A stretch of 63,031 nt of DNA, filler included, from 8 parts of 8 records of this genome joined end to end with filler, not necessarily neighbours in it, one strand, 5' to 3'; numbered from the whole stretch's first letter, positions 52,311-63,031 are shown. Numbers and translations are program-made. The notes: generated from the letters alone by a model not told the origin.

Positions 52311-53705
52311 TTATTTATCAAGTTCAAATTCGCTGTGTAAGGTCTTAACTGCATCGAGTGCTTCCCCTGAACTCACGACAAAGGAAATATTATGCTGTGA
52401 TGAACCCTGACTGATCATGATGATATTGGTTCCGGACTTTCCAAGGGAATAGAATACCTTTCCTGCAACCCCCGGGATACCATCCATTCCTGCACCCACA
52501 ACAGCTACCACACATACATCTCTATCGTAGGCGACATCACCAACAACATTTGTGGTGAATTCCGACCTTACGGCTGCAACTGCTGCCTCAAGATGATCCT
52601 CATTGACCACCAGGGACATGTTTGCCTCGGATGAACCCTGACTGATCATAATGATATTAACACCAGCATTGGCAAGTGCGGAAAAGACCCTTGCTGCCGT
52701 ACCGATGGCACCCACCATTCCAGCTCCACTAATATTGATCAATGCAACCTTGTTGATTAGAGTAACTGCTTTGACAACATCTTCACTGCATTGCTGCTCC
52801 GCAACTATAAGAGTACCCTGGAATTCAGGTTCAAAAGTGTTCTTCACACGTACAGGGATCTTATGCCTGATAGCAGGTTCAATAGTCCTTGGATGTAGTA
52901 CCTTGGCTCCGAAATAGGAAAGTTCCATTGCCTCGATGTATGATATCTGAGGAATAGGTTTTGACTCCGGCACAATCTTAGGATCTGTGGTCATGATACC
53001 ATGAACCTCTTTCCAGAGCCAGATCTCATCAGCATCGATGGATGCTCCGATAATTGCTGCTGAGAAATCGGAACCGCCACGTCCAAGGGTTGTGATTATG
53101 GATTGTTTGTTCTGGGCTATGAAACCGGTTACCACAGAGATACTATCCTTGATAAGTGGTGATAGTCTTTCTTTTACCTGAGTGTAGGTGTCTTCCAGAA
53201 CCCTTGCGTCACCATAGGTTGAATTGGTTAAAATTCCTGCCTCTCCTCCTGTAAATGCCTGAGAAGGAGTGCCCAGTGAGCGAATGGAACCGCTTACGAT
53301 AGGTACGGCAAGACGCTCGCCGTAAGAGGATATATAATCAATAGAACGGTTTGTCAGTTCACCGAGGTAACAGATACCTATGAGGGCCTTTTCCAGTTCA
53401 TCGACCCTGCTGTCTATTGCCTCTACACACTCTGATCTTATAGCCTCATCATCAATAGCAATATTGATCGCATCATAGTGTTTTTTCGTAAGGTCGGCAA
53501 TGAATTCCTTGACCTGTGTCACTTTGCCATTCTGGGATACATCTTTTGCAGTCCCAAGCAGGCCATCGGTAACACCACCAAGTGCAGATGTCACTGCTAC
53601 CAGTTCATTCCCATTCATGTGATACTGCCTTACAAGCTCTGCCACATGACGGATCTTTTCGCCGTTTTCCACGGAAGTCCCGCCGAACTTCATTACGATT
53701 CTCAT
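52311..53705 (-). CDS. lysC: Aspartate kinase with two ACT domains
   Basis: MKFGGTSV, TLGRGGSD, GAKVLHP and ISQGSS (twice). Confidence 0.96.
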   Translation of the reverse strand: MRIVMKFGGTSVENGEKIRHVAELVRQYHMNGNELVAVTSALGGVTDGLLGTAKDVSQNGKVTQVKEFIADLTKKHYDAINIAIDDEAIRSECVEAIDSRVDELEKALIGICYLGELTNRSIDYISSYGERLAVPIVSGSIRSLGTPSQAFTGGEAGILTNSTYGDARVLEDTYTQVKERLSPLIKDSISVVTGFIAQNKQSIITTLGRGGSDFSAAIIGASIDADEIWLWKEVHGIMTTDPKIVPESKPIPQISYIEAMELSYFGAKVLHPRTIEPAIRHKIPVRVKNTFEPEFQGTLIVAEQQCSEDVVKAVTLINKVALINISGAGMVGAIGTAARVFSALANAGVNIIMISQGSSEANMSLVVNEDHLEAAVAAVRSEFTTNVVGDVAYDRDVCVVAVVGAGMDGIPGVAGKVFYSLGKSGTNIIMISQGSSQHNISFVVSSGEALDAVKTLHSEFELDK

Positions 53706-53812
53706 GATACAACCACGTTTATTTTGTCAGCTAATTTCGTCTATAAACAATAAAGACTAATATAAAGATTATGAGTAAAACAAAAACAGTACAGGTAAAA
53801 AAAGATGAGTAT

Positions 53813-55033
53813 TTACCTGAACTTATTGTAGAAAACAAAGAATACTACAAAAACTCCTGCTGTTATAATAAGAGAGATAACGTTTGAGAATCCAGTGCCT
53901 GGAGAAGATGATTCAGGAACAGACTCATCTGGAGATTCATTCGAGGAACTGTTTTCCCCTGCAACACTTTCAACAGCCGAACTTGCCATTTCACTGATTG
54001 ACTGGGAGATGTCTTCCTTTATATTGACAGACACCGAAAAGTCCTCGGAATAATAAGCGAACTCATCCCCATCTATCATAATGAGCATTACATTATGTAT
54101 TCCCGCATCTAATTCATCGGTAACAGCTTTGTAACTACCCTTGCTCACGTCATTCCTTGAGTCAAGGAACTCCCCGTCAACAAGGATGCGAACTTCAGTG
54201 AACGCCTCATCCAGATCGTAAGTGATAATTGCCACCCTACCTGCTTTCAGGTCACCGCCAACAGGAGAATCAACGTTTATATCGATCTCATCAGGAACCT
54301 CGTTGTCATCTTTTTTCGAATCTGATGACATCTGCTTCAATGAAACCTCATCAAAGAAAACCGTAGTTGTATCATCGCCTTCAATAAAAGCCCTCACATG
54401 TGCAATGAAGACAGCCTCCGGCTGGCTGTCGGAGTAAATTGTATAATGGAAATATTCACCTTCCTCAACGTCATCTTCTTTGACGACCTTGTCATCAAAG
54501 ATGAATGCAAGAGATACCTCATCGTCGTCAATGCCTGTAATTTCCAAAGTATAGATATCAGCAAACTCAAGATCTGAATCGCTTTCAAGAGAGTATGCCT
54601 CATCCAGTATCAGGTAATTATCAATATCTTCAACTGGGTCAAGGTACTGCTCAACATACAGTGTGGTATAGTACTCATTATTTGATTTCTTCACAGAGCC
54701 CTTTGGTGTGATTCTTAAGATGAAGTGATCCACTTCATCTTCATCTTCCTCGACAATGGAACGAATATACTCCATAGGATCATTATCTTCAGCAAAATTG
54801 TCATCCACATCTACCTCTTTACCATTGAGATAGAGTTCTATCATGACATCCCCACTGTCGGTGTTCATATCAGTCACCTTGAATGAATAACCCTGCTCAA
54901 GGATAATTTCGTCCTGAACATTGACACCTGGTTCCGAATAGTGGATCATTGGTCCCGTTTCAAGAGCAGAAACGGGAGATATGCATATAACAAGCAGACA
55001 AACACAGACGATTACAAAATGTATATATTTCAT
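53813..55033 (-). CDS. Acidic secreted, membrane-anchored protein (S-layer domain-like)
   Basis: Signal peptide ending VSA, very D/E-rich, Ser-rich linker, C-terminal TM. Confidence 0.7.
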   Translation of the reverse strand: MKYIHFVIVCVCLLVICISPVSALETGPMIHYSEPGVNVQDEIILEQGYSFKVTDMNTDSGDVMIELYLNGKEVDVDDNFAEDNDPMEYIRSIVEEDEDEVDHFILRITPKGSVKKSNNEYYTTLYVEQYLDPVEDIDNYLILDEAYSLESDSDLEFADIYTLEITGIDDDEVSLAFIFDDKVVKEDDVEEGEYFHYTIYSDSQPEAVFIAHVRAFIEGDDTTTVFFDEVSLKQMSSDSKKDDNEVPDEIDINVDSPVGGDLKAGRVAIITYDLDEAFTEVRILVDGEFLDSRNDVSKGSYKAVTDELDAGIHNVMLIMIDGDEFAYYSEDFSVSVNIKEDISQSISEMASSAVESVAGENSSSNESPDESVPESSSPGTGFSNVISLIITAGVFVVFFVFYNKFR

Positions 55034-55143
55034 CGAAACCTCACATCATACGACCGGATAAATATGATAGAATAACTATGCTACTCAGCAAGCATATTAA
55101 AGTCTTATGGTTTTTATTTATTTCTGGAAATATAGGTGATAAA

Positions 55144-56340
55144 ATGAAATATGTGGTACTTATCGGAGATGGCATGGCAGATGAACCTCTTGAAGAGCTC
55201 GGAGGCCTGACAGTTCTCCAGAAAGCCAACACATCCAACATGGATTATGTCACAGCACATGGTGTTGCAGGGCTAGCACAAACTGTTCCAGACGGCCTGC
55301 CCCCTGGAAGTGATGTAGCCAATATGTCTATTGTAGGATATGATCCGAAGAAGTACTATTCAGGAAGGGCACCCCTTGAGGCTGCAAGTATGGATATCGG
55401 GCTTGAAAAGGATGATGTGGCATTCAGGTGTAACCTCATCACAATCAAAGATGACATCATTGCAGATTACAGTTCAGGGCATATCACAAGCGAGGAAGCA
55501 AAGCAACTCATAGAAAGCATTGACCAGGCCCTTGGTGATGAAAGGTTTAGTTTTTACCCGGGCATCAGCTACAGACACCTGATGGTGGCAAAGAATGGTC
55601 TGGGAGCAAAGACAGAATGCGTCCCCCCCCATGATGTAATTGACCAGAGCAAACACGAGCACATGCCAAAGGGAGAAGACAGCGAAATAATATCAGAGCT
55701 CACTGAAAAGTCAATGGAAATACTTGCAGAGCACCCGACTAATGTGAAGAGGATTGAAGATGGCAAAAACCCCGGGAACTCCATCTGGCTCTGGGGACAG
55801 GGATTTGCCCCTGCTTTTACACCTTTTAAAGAGCTATACGGACTCAATGGCGCCATTATATCCGCAGTGGACCTTGTTAAAGGAATAGGCATCTATGCAG
55901 GACTTGATGTCATAGAAGTACCCGGAGCAACAGGATACCTCGATACAAACTACAAGGGCAAGGCTGAATACGCAATGGAAGCCCTCGACGATCACGACTT
56001 TGTGTTTGTACATGTGGAAGCACCTGATGAAGCAGGACACATGGGAGACATGAAGGCAAAAATCCAGGCAATTGAGGATTTTGATGAAAAAGTAGTTGGA
56101 ACCGTCCTTGAAATTGCTAAAAAGATGGATGAGGATGTAAGCATCATGGTATTGCCGGACCATCCGACACCCATTGCACTAAGAACGCACACATCCGTGC
56201 CTATTCCAGTGGCTATTTACTGTACGGCAGAAAAAGTAGCCGATAACGCTGATGCCTTCGATGAGGAAACTGTGAAGAAAGGCTCACTTGGCACAGTGTA
56301 CGCAGCAGACCTGGTAAAAATAATGACCGAGATCAAGTAA
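55144..56340 (+). CDS. apgM: Cofactor-independent phosphoglycerate mutase (ApgM family)
   Basis: [31 protein letters not shown] and DHPTP motifs. Confidence 0.93.
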   Translation: MKYVVLIGDGMADEPLEELGGLTVLQKANTSNMDYVTAHGVAGLAQTVPDGLPPGSDVANMSIVGYDPKKYYSGRAPLEAASMDIGLEKDDVAFRCNLITIKDDIIADYSSGHITSEEAKQLIESIDQALGDERFSFYPGISYRHLMVAKNGLGAKTECVPPHDVIDQSKHEHMPKGEDSEIISELTEKSMEILAEHPTNVKRIEDGKNPGNSIWLWGQGFAPAFTPFKELYGLNGAIISAVDLVKGIGIYAGLDVIEVPGATGYLDTNYKGKAEYAMEALDDHDFVFVHVEAPDEAGHMGDMKAKIQAIEDFDEKVVGTVLEIAKKMDEDVSIMVLPDHPTPIALRTHTSVPIPVAIYCTAEKVADNADAFDEETVKKGSLGTVYAADLVKIMTEIK

Positions 56341-56481
56341 GAGCTAGAAAGCCTCTTGCTTCCTTTTTTTACACAAAAATCACTCATTATTTATAAATAG
56401 AACCACGCAGATATTATTACTTAGTGGGAATTACGAAAATTGCGACTAGTTCCTACTATACATAAATAGGAGCGTGGTAAA

Positions 56482-56943
56482 GTGAAATTTGGTTTAACAC
56501 CATGGAGGCCTTCTGAGACATCAAGATGGGACCCCTTTGACGAAATGAGACGCATGCAGGATCGTCTTTACGGAATGTTCGGGGAAGAATCAGATACATC
56601 AGGTATGATGGATATTGATACCCTTTCCCCGCTTGTTGATATCGAGGAGAAGGATGACAGTATTGTTGTCACAACAGATCTTCCTGGTGTCAGCAAGGAC
56701 GATGTCAATATCGATATCAGAAACAATAGAATATGGATAAGCGCCAACACACATAAAGAATCCAAAGAGGAAAAAGAAGGATACCTTATGCGTGAAAGGA
56801 CATACAACAGGTTTGCACGTGCATTCAACCTGCCTTCTGAAGTAAAAGAAGATGAAGCAATGGCAAAACTGGAAGATGGAGTACTGACCATCACATTGCC
56901 AAAAGAAGAGATCGAAGAAAAGCACCGGATAATGATCGAATAA
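56482..56943 (+). CDS. Hsp20/alpha-crystallin small heat shock protein
   Basis: WDPFDEM, DLPGV and AKLEDGVLTITLPK motifs; TTTATAAATA TATA box near 56390. Confidence 0.95.
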   Translation: MKFGLTPWRPSETSRWDPFDEMRRMQDRLYGMFGEESDTSGMMDIDTLSPLVDIEEKDDSIVVTTDLPGVSKDDVNIDIRNNRIWISANTHKESKEEKEGYLMRERTYNRFARAFNLPSEVKEDEAMAKLEDGVLTITLPKEEIEEKHRIMIE

Positions 56944-57334
56944 ACTTTTTTAAATTGAACGCCCCTTGAAAGGGACGTTTCCCATATTTAGTATTACCCT
57001 TATTTGTGTGCGGCATCAGTAAGAGATATCATCATCCTTTGCTCAGTCGGGGTAACTGTCATCATCGCCGCAGGAATTACTATGCAAAGATAGTATATTA
57101 TTCTTCTTGGGACTCATAATAAATCATCGGCTCTGTAGAAATCCTTGTTTGAATTGCTCATTCAATCAATAGTGCAGGTTTTGTTGGGAGCTCACGGGAT
57201 GGATTTGGTCAGCATAAATTCGATCCTTTAAAATTATTGCTCCCGGAACCGCCTTATTTATGATAGTTTTGCAAAAAATCATTGATAAACAAAGAACAAT
57301 GCTACCACCCGCCGCAGGCGGCGCGTTCCTTCAC

Positions 57335-57434
57335 NNNNNNNNNNNNNNNNNNNNNNNNNNNNNNNNNNNNNNNNNNNNTTAATTAATTAANNNNNNNNNN
57401 NNNNNNNNNNNNNNNNNNNNNNNNNNNNNNNNNN
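57335..57434. other. Artificial contig linker
   Basis: N-run + TTAATTAATTAA + N-run. Confidence 0.99.
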
Positions 57435-58081
57435 GTGTACTGCACCGAGTCCAACGGATCGGTCAGGCTGGTGACCCCTCCGCCCGCGCAGATCTTAATA
57501 AACGCCGCCTGTTTGGCCAGGGCTTCCCGGCAGGCCTTCTGTACTTCGGGGACGCCGTCCGCCAGGTAGAAAAAACCCAGATCGGCCATTTTGAATCGCT
57601 CTCCCGTGAAATAGGTGGATTTGGAATTCCAGTTTCGCATATCGCCGTGTCCGGCCGTCTGGGTCAGACCGGGGCCGCAGGCAAAAATCGGGGGCCCCCG
57701 GATCAGCCCGTCGTCAATGGCCCGCTTGATGCCGAAAACAGGGCCTGCCATGTCACGAATAGTTGTAAAGCCCCGCATCAGATAACGCTCTGCTTCGGAA
57801 GCGGTGACAGCGCCGATATAGTCCCAACTGTGAAGGTTTTCAAGTTCCAGCGGCGGCCGGCAGATCGCCAGATGGGCATGCACATCCGAGAGACCCGGCA
57901 TCAGTGTGCCGCCCTTGCCGTCGATTATCTCATCATAGGTCTTCTTTGGGGCCGTAGCGTCAATAATCTCTTTGATCTTATTACCTTCCAGAATGACATC
58001 TTTGCCGGTAATCACATTATCACCCTTGCCGTCAAAAACAGCCACATTGGTTATACAGATGTTTTTTGTGTCTGTGCCCAT
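57435..58081 (-). CDS. Metal-dependent amidohydrolase (Xaa-Pro dipeptidase-like), 3'-truncated
   Basis: TLMPGLSDVHAH, GFTTIRD, QTAGHGD and IKICAGGGV motifs. Confidence 0.9.
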
Positions 58082-58134
58082 TTGATCCTCCTGTAAAAAT
58101 TCATAGCTTCGGTATAAAAATCAACTTCCTTTGC

Positions 58135-59208
58135 TTATGCTGCCCCGGTTACCTGCCTGCGGACTCTTAGGGCATTCCCGCCGATAAACTTGATCAGGCT
58201 GCTTTCGGTAAAACCGGCTTCAAGAAGCTTGGCACACAAAATCGGGAATTTCTCAAAACTGTTGAACCATTCAGGCATTGCCTTTTGTATGTAATCAGTC
58301 CCCCATCCCACATGATCAATGCCAATGGTGTCCACCAGGCGGAATACAGCTTCAACAAAAGCATCAAGATCTTTGACTCCATAAGGGTCTCCCACCACCC
58401 AGGTACCGACAACACCACCGGTGGCCGCCACCAGCTGGGCATGGTCACGAGAGATCCAGCGCGGACGGTTTTCAAAATACGAGCCATGCACAGGAGATTC
58501 ATACTTCATCAAGGTATGGGAGAGAATGATCGGATTTGCAGTCAGATCGGCAATCTGTTTGGCAGCTTCATATGAAGCATGGGCCACATCGACCATCATC
58601 CCAAGCCGCCCTGCCTCACGGATGGCATCTTTGCCAAGAGGAGAAAGTCCGCCGTAGGTGCAGGGATCGGTCTGGCTGTCGGCCAGGGCACATTTAACAT
58701 AGTGGACCGGTTGGAAATGACGGATACCGTCATTATAGAGCTGTTCCATCCGGCCGAGATTTTTTTCAACCATGTGCCCGCCTTCCGTAGACAGGAATAC
58801 GGCCAGCTTACCCTTGGCATTAATTTTTTCAGCTTCATTTACGTTGATAGCCGGGGCAATGGGCATGGTTTTAAAAAATTGAAATAAAATGTCCTTTTCC
58901 CGGAGATATTCATCCCATGCTTCATTATTTTTATAATCTCTAAGTTTGTTTCCCGGCTTGGACAGATCTATGATGGGTGTATCACTAGTCAAGGAAACCG
59001 TAGCAATCTTTAACCCGCCGTCAATCATCCCCTGAATAATGGATTTCAACTGATCGTCACCAAAATAGGTGGCCCATTCCATCTGATATTTGCCAAGTCC
59101 CTTTGTCTCCCAGAACCCTAAGTGGGAATGCAGGTCAACAGAAGGAGAGTTCGCAAGGATATCATTGGCTTTTTCGAGGTGATCGGTAAACTTATCATCC
59201 TTGTTCAT
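58135..59208 (-). CDS. Membrane dipeptidase (M19) family protein
   Basis: DLHSH, STEGGH, VDVAHAS, LSHT, GTDY and GGNALR motifs; start reassigned to ATG at 59208. Confidence 0.88.
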   Translation of the reverse strand: MNKDDKFTDHLEKANDILANSPSVDLHSHLGFWETKGLGKYQMEWATYFGDDQLKSIIQGMIDGGLKIATVSLTSDTPIIDLSKPGNKLRDYKNNEAWDEYLREKDILFQFFKTMPIAPAINVNEAEKINAKGKLAVFLSTEGGHMVEKNLGRMEQLYNDGIRHFQPVHYVKCALADSQTDPCTYGGLSPLGKDAIREAGRLGMMVDVAHASYEAAKQIADLTANPIILSHTLMKYESPVHGSYFENRPRWISRDHAQLVAATGGVVGTWVVGDPYGVKDLDAFVEAVFRLVDTIGIDHVGWGTDYIQKAMPEWFNSFEKFPILCAKLLEAGFTESSLIKFIGGNALRVRRQVTGAA

Positions 59209-59281
59209 CTGGCTATCCTTTGTATTTAATGTCTGAACGAAAACCTGGAGTTTTTTCGGTCGGGCACTACTCATGTTGTCT

Positions 59282-60685
59282 TCATTTAACCTTAACAACA
59301 TCATCCAGGCGCCATTTCTTTTCAAAGAGCGGCTTGCCCGGACCGTAAAGGCGGAACAGCAGGAAGAAATCTTCTTCTGTGGGTATCCAGTTGCTTTCCA
59401 GACCCTCGGGAGCCTTGGGCGCAAAATAAACATCCACAGAACCATCATCGTTTTTCTTCATGGATTCCAGTTCGGTGGAGGCCAGGCCTACCCGTTTTGC
59501 CTCTTTGACAAACCCTTTTGTCTCCATGCTGTAGACGATGACAGACCAGAAATCCTTGGCCGGTGTGTCCGCCGGGATCTTGAGCTTATAGGTGTCGGTC
59601 CCGTTCATCAGGTTCCCGTCGCTGTCGCGCAGGCCGGTCAGGTAGAAAGTGTCCCCACCCAGGTTCTTGGGCAGGTAGGTAATCCAGAAGTAGGAGCCGC
59701 CGGCCCGGTCGTCCACTAATACCCGTTCCCTGGTTTCATAGGGAAAACCGGATTCGGCCTGGCCCTTGGCGAACTTCCATACCCCCCACTGGCTTTTCTC
59801 CCAGTAAGGCGTCACCGACCTGGTGATAAAATGTTCATGCATGGTGTCATAGGCACATTGCAGCCCTTCCAGCATAGCCTCCTGCATCTCTTTGTCCGGG
59901 TTAAAAGGTTCTCCGCGGATGATACCGATGGAAGTTAACATGTCTATCATAACCTTATCCCGGGTCAGGACAGGCTCGCGTTGAACAACGGAATTCAAGT
60001 CTGTAAAGAAGGTCATGTCATAGACAGGCAGGGTGTTGATCGGATTTTTCTTTATATCAAAAAACTTTGTGGGCTTGGGATTATCGGCCTGGGACAGGGG
60101 ATACCACTTCAATGTCTGGGCGTAGGCAGCCTGGTCAGCATACTTTCCACCGTCTTTGGCCACAGGCCGGAACACGAAATGTACCCCGAAAGTATTGCTT
60201 TGGTAAACGATGTAGTCCCCCTGAGGTACTACGCCCTTGTAACCCGGCGGCAGGATAAGATACTTCCCGCCTTTTCCCTTGTCATCGCCCGATGGGCCGA
60301 CATCGGCAATGGGCGTGTCCCAGGCACTGACGATGGTACCGAAGTATTGCGCCTTTTCTCCGGCAGGCGGCACTTCAATAACAATGGGTCCGTCCGCCGT
60401 TGTGAGTGCGCCCATGACATAGGGCGTTACGTCGTTGGCTGTCAGGAAGCCGTGGCGGGAATCCATGGGTTCGCTCATGTAGCCCAGCGTCCCCGGCTTT
60501 GCCCCTCCGTCACGCTGCATGGCAAGTTCAATGTCGTAGATACCGACTGCGGGCATTCCCCATATTGCCGCCTCACAGGCCCTGCGAACGACCTTGTCCC
60601 TTTCAATCTTTGTCATTTCCGCGCTGTTGGCCGTGGTTGCGGCAGCCGCTATAAACAGCACCGCTAAAATCGCTTTTCTAATCAT
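59282..60685 (-). CDS. Secreted DUF1254/DUF1214 domain protein
   Basis: Signal peptide; TANDVTPY, GKGGKYLILPPGY, FWSVIVY, NWIPT and FRLYGP motifs. Confidence 0.9.
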   Translation of the reverse strand: MIRKAILAVLFIAAAATTANSAEMTKIERDKVVRRACEAAIWGMPAVGIYDIELAMQRDGGAKPGTLGYMSEPMDSRHGFLTANDVTPYVMGALTTADGPIVIEVPPAGEKAQYFGTIVSAWDTPIADVGPSGDDKGKGGKYLILPPGYKGVVPQGDYIVYQSNTFGVHFVFRPVAKDGGKYADQAAYAQTLKWYPLSQADNPKPTKFFDIKKNPINTLPVYDMTFFTDLNSVVQREPVLTRDKVMIDMLTSIGIIRGEPFNPDKEMQEAMLEGLQCAYDTMHEHFITRSVTPYWEKSQWGVWKFAKGQAESGFPYETRERVLVDDRAGGSYFWITYLPKNLGGDTFYLTGLRDSDGNLMNGTDTYKLKIPADTPAKDFWSVIVYSMETKGFVKEAKRVGLASTELESMKKNDDGSVDVYFAPKAPEGLESNWIPTEEDFFLLFRLYGPGKPLFEKKWRLDDVVKVK

Positions 60686-60785
60686 TGTTAATGTCTCTCT
60701 TTAAATATTTTAATGAGCGCCAGGCCGGCATGACGGCATGCTTGGAAGGCGTTGTTTTTTTCATAATACAGGCCAACTATATGAT

Positions 60786-62333
60786 TTAAAAACCTTCTTC
60801 ATTTGCGTGTTTTTTAAAGTACTCCTTGAGCTCTATGATGCTTTCATGCTTTTTCAAATCAGCCGGCAGTAATACGGGCTCTTTAATGATATCCGGGATG
60901 GGGGACTTATATGTAAAGCCCTTTGTCCGTTTATCGAATTCAGCCCGGACATCGGAAAGAAACTCTTTATCCGTGAGCAGATCCCAGCCTGTCGCTGTTA
61001 ATACCTTGGCCGCATTTGTCGCACCCTTGACGCCGATACTCATGCCGTGACAAGCAGTCGCCATCCAGGTGTGCACACCGATATTTTCAGGAATAGTCGG
61101 CATGAAGGTGCCCATTGTCGGGGTAATCCAACTAGCGTCCCCTACGTCGGTTGAACCACCCATGGTTGGAACCTGAGCCGGTAAGGGAATTATGGTCTTT
61201 GTCATTCCTGTCTCTTCAACACCGGCAGATTTCTGGATTTTTTTTGCAAAGGCAATCTCTTCATCAGAGTAGGCTGGAATGCCGACGGATTCGAGATGCT
61301 TTTGCATACGTTTAGCCATGGCCGTGTTGGGTAACAGGTCGTGCATACCAAAATAGTCCACTGCCAGGGTTTCGGTCTGGGTGGCGAGGGCGGCTCCCTT
61401 GGCAATATCCTTTAGCCAGACCATTGATTTTTCAACATGAGCCCTGTCGATGTCGCGGTAAAACATCTTTACCGTAGCGAAATCGGGTACAACATTGGGC
61501 GCCTGGCCGCCTTCAGGAATGACATATTGAAGGCGGGCTGTGGGTTCTACGTGTTCGCGCATCAAGTTTACACCATGCGTGAACAGCTCAACCGCATCAA
61601 GGGCGCTGCGCCCCTTCCAGGGTTCAAGGCCCGCGTGGGCGGTTTTGCCTGTGAACTCCACATGGAGAATGCCCACGGCAGCTGTTCTGGCGTACCACAG
61701 GCCGGCGACATTTTGAGGGTGCCAGTGCAGCATTGCGTCGACATCGTCGAACTGCCCATCCCTTGCCATGTAGACCTTGGCCCCCTCAGCCTCTTCTGCC
61801 GCTGCGCCGTATACGCGAATTGTTCCTGGCGTTTTGTTGGCCTCAACAAGATTTTTCAACGCCAGAGCGGCGCCAAGGCCGCCTGCGCCAATCAGGTTGT
61901 GGCCGCAGCCATGGCCGGTCGTGACACCGTCTTTTCGATCTTTTTTTTCTGATACCGGTTCATTGCCCAGACCGGGTAAGGCGTCGTATTCTGTCATAAT
62001 CCCAATAATAGGCGTGCCGGAACCGTATTCAGCGACAAATGCCGTGGGAACACCGGCCGTCCCTTCACTTTTAATGGAGAAGCCGTTCTTTTTGAGCGTC
62101 TCAATCAGGTAGGCAGCGGATTTTGCCTCGACCAACGACAGTTCGGAGTATTCCCATATTTTCAGGGCGGCCTCTTTAATAATCGGTGATATTTCGTCTA
62201 CTGCTGCATAGACATTCTTGGAATCAACTGTCTGGGCTGATACCCCGGGCTGAAAAAGTCCTGACACGATCAATACAGACATAACGATCCAAACAAACAT
62301 TCCAAGTTGTTTAATTGAAGCAATTGTTTTCAT
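60786..62333 (-). CDS. Secreted M20 family amidohydrolase (AbgB-like)
   Basis: Signal peptide; EYDALPG, GHGCGHN, AAEE, HWHP, GGSTDVGD and HTW motifs. Confidence 0.9.
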   Translation of the reverse strand: MKTIASIKQLGMFVWIVMSVLIVSGLFQPGVSAQTVDSKNVYAAVDEISPIIKEAALKIWEYSELSLVEAKSAAYLIETLKKNGFSIKSEGTAGVPTAFVAEYGSGTPIIGIMTEYDALPGLGNEPVSEKKDRKDGVTTGHGCGHNLIGAGGLGAALALKNLVEANKTPGTIRVYGAAAEEAEGAKVYMARDGQFDDVDAMLHWHPQNVAGLWYARTAAVGILHVEFTGKTAHAGLEPWKGRSALDAVELFTHGVNLMREHVEPTARLQYVIPEGGQAPNVVPDFATVKMFYRDIDRAHVEKSMVWLKDIAKGAALATQTETLAVDYFGMHDLLPNTAMAKRMQKHLESVGIPAYSDEEIAFAKKIQKSAGVEETGMTKTIIPLPAQVPTMGGSTDVGDASWITPTMGTFMPTIPENIGVHTWMATACHGMSIGVKGATNAAKVLTATGWDLLTDKEFLSDVRAEFDKRTKGFTYKSPIPDIIKEPVLLPADLKKHESIIELKEYFKKHANEEGF

Positions 62334-62354
62334 GATTAATTTCCTTTTTATAGA

Positions 62355-63031
62355 TTATTTAACCAGTTCGGCATCTCCAGGCCGCCAGGTTTTGTCGAAC
62401 CAGGGCTGAAGCGGTCCATAAAGGCGAAACAGCATGTTCCAACCTTTGCCGGGAAACGTCTGAACCCAATTGTTTTCCATACCCTGCGGTGCTTTGGGTC
62501 CGAAATAGACATCAAAAGATCCATCATCATTCTGTTTGACTTTGCCTTTGGCACTGGAGACGCTGGGATACTGCTGATCAGTCTGGATCATGGAGCGGGT
62601 CTGGTTGTCATAGACGACAAATGACCAGAAATTTTTGGCCGGAACATTGGGGGGCAGATGGACCTTGTAGGTTTTGGAACCGTCAAGGGGATTGCCGTCC
62701 TTATCCAGGTAAAGCATGGCATATTGGGACCCTGATCCTACAGGCGCTTGGTTCATGGCCGGGGAAACTCCTGTGGCGTAAAAGAAGAACATGGCCCGGG
62801 CATCCAGAATCCGGGCCCCGTTTTCATCAATGTTCTGGTAACCGCCCAGAAAGGGCGTACTCCAGTTGCTTTCGCCCGGATAATAATAGAATGCATCACG
62901 GCGGGGACGGGCGGCAAGGGTTCGTGCAGTGGCATGTCCGATGTCGGCAGCCTGGGACAAGATTTTTTTCATGCGGGCATCCGGCTTGAACGGCTTACCC
63001 TTTTGAGTGTAACCTAAAAGCGTAGAAGCCT
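62355..63031 (-). CDS. DUF1254/DUF1214 domain protein, C-terminal part
   Basis: KGKPFKPDARM, GSQY, FWSFVVYDNQTRS and FRLYGP motifs; frame open to the window end. Confidence 0.88.
   Translation of the reverse strand, partial: ASTLLGYTQKGKPFKPDARMKKILSQAADIGHATARTLAARPRRDAFYYYPGESNWSTPFLGGYQNIDENGARILDARAMFFFYATGVSPAMNQAPVGSGSQYAMLYLDKDGNPLDGSKTYKVHLPPNVPAKNFWSFVVYDNQTRSMIQTDQQYPSVSSAKGKVKQNDDGSFDVYFGPKAPQGMENNWVQTFPGKGWNMLFRLYGPLQPWFDKTWRPGDAELVK

Noticed and set aside
52311..56340. apgM near lysC as a new threonine-pathway link
   Set aside because: The association of ApgM-like genes with aspartate-pathway genes is already known, and here they are divergent and separated by another gene
6645..57434. 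Recurring TTAATTAATTAA as a biological repeat
   Set aside because: Always embedded in N-runs of fixed length; it is an assembly spacer
59209..59448. 80-aa N-terminal extension of the M19 dipeptidase overlapping the DUF1254 gene
   Set aside because: ORF-caller artefact; an SD-like AAGGA precedes ATG 59208

Overview
This window is not one locus. It is eight unrelated contigs joined by artificial 100-nt linkers (N-run/TTAATTAATTAA/N-run), so gene neighbourhoods only hold within a segment. (1) 1-6644, Bacteroidota-like: glycerate kinase, kdsA, DinB family, TonB-dependent receptor, SpmA/B-like protein. (2) 6745-11932, Spirochaete-like: lsrF 3' end, Rbs-type sugar ABC transporter, SnoaL-like protein. 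(3) 12033-22799, lineage uncertain: rbfA-truB-ribF-rpsO-pnp-M16 peptidase-deacetylase, MerR, tRNA-Pro, a GHL10/Amidase_3 fusion, and several REP/MITE-like palindromes. (4) 22900-28082, Desulfobacterota-like sensory proteins. (5) 28183-37992, Desulfobacterota-like: tRNA 3' end, then small GNAT-rich genes with decayed attC-like sites, pseudogenes, a GluQ-like gene and a MalT/BTAD regulator. (6) 38093-44337: Ser/Thr kinase-WD40, udk, DUF4143 ATPase, Gfo/Idh/MocA, NUDIX. (7) 44438-57334, Methanosarcinaceae-like: complete mtrEDCBAFGH, purM, lysC, apgM, Hsp20. (8) 57435-63031: DUF1254/DUF1214 plus amidohydrolase cluster. I saw no CRISPR array, rRNA or intact transposase/integrase. Best leads: the degenerate DigH-like GH fused to an amidase, the eroded integron cassettes, the nested palindromic element and in-frame palindrome insertion, the tandem operators at the DUF4143 promoter, and several candidate structured RNAs. 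All family and taxonomic calls are motif recognition by eye, not database searches.
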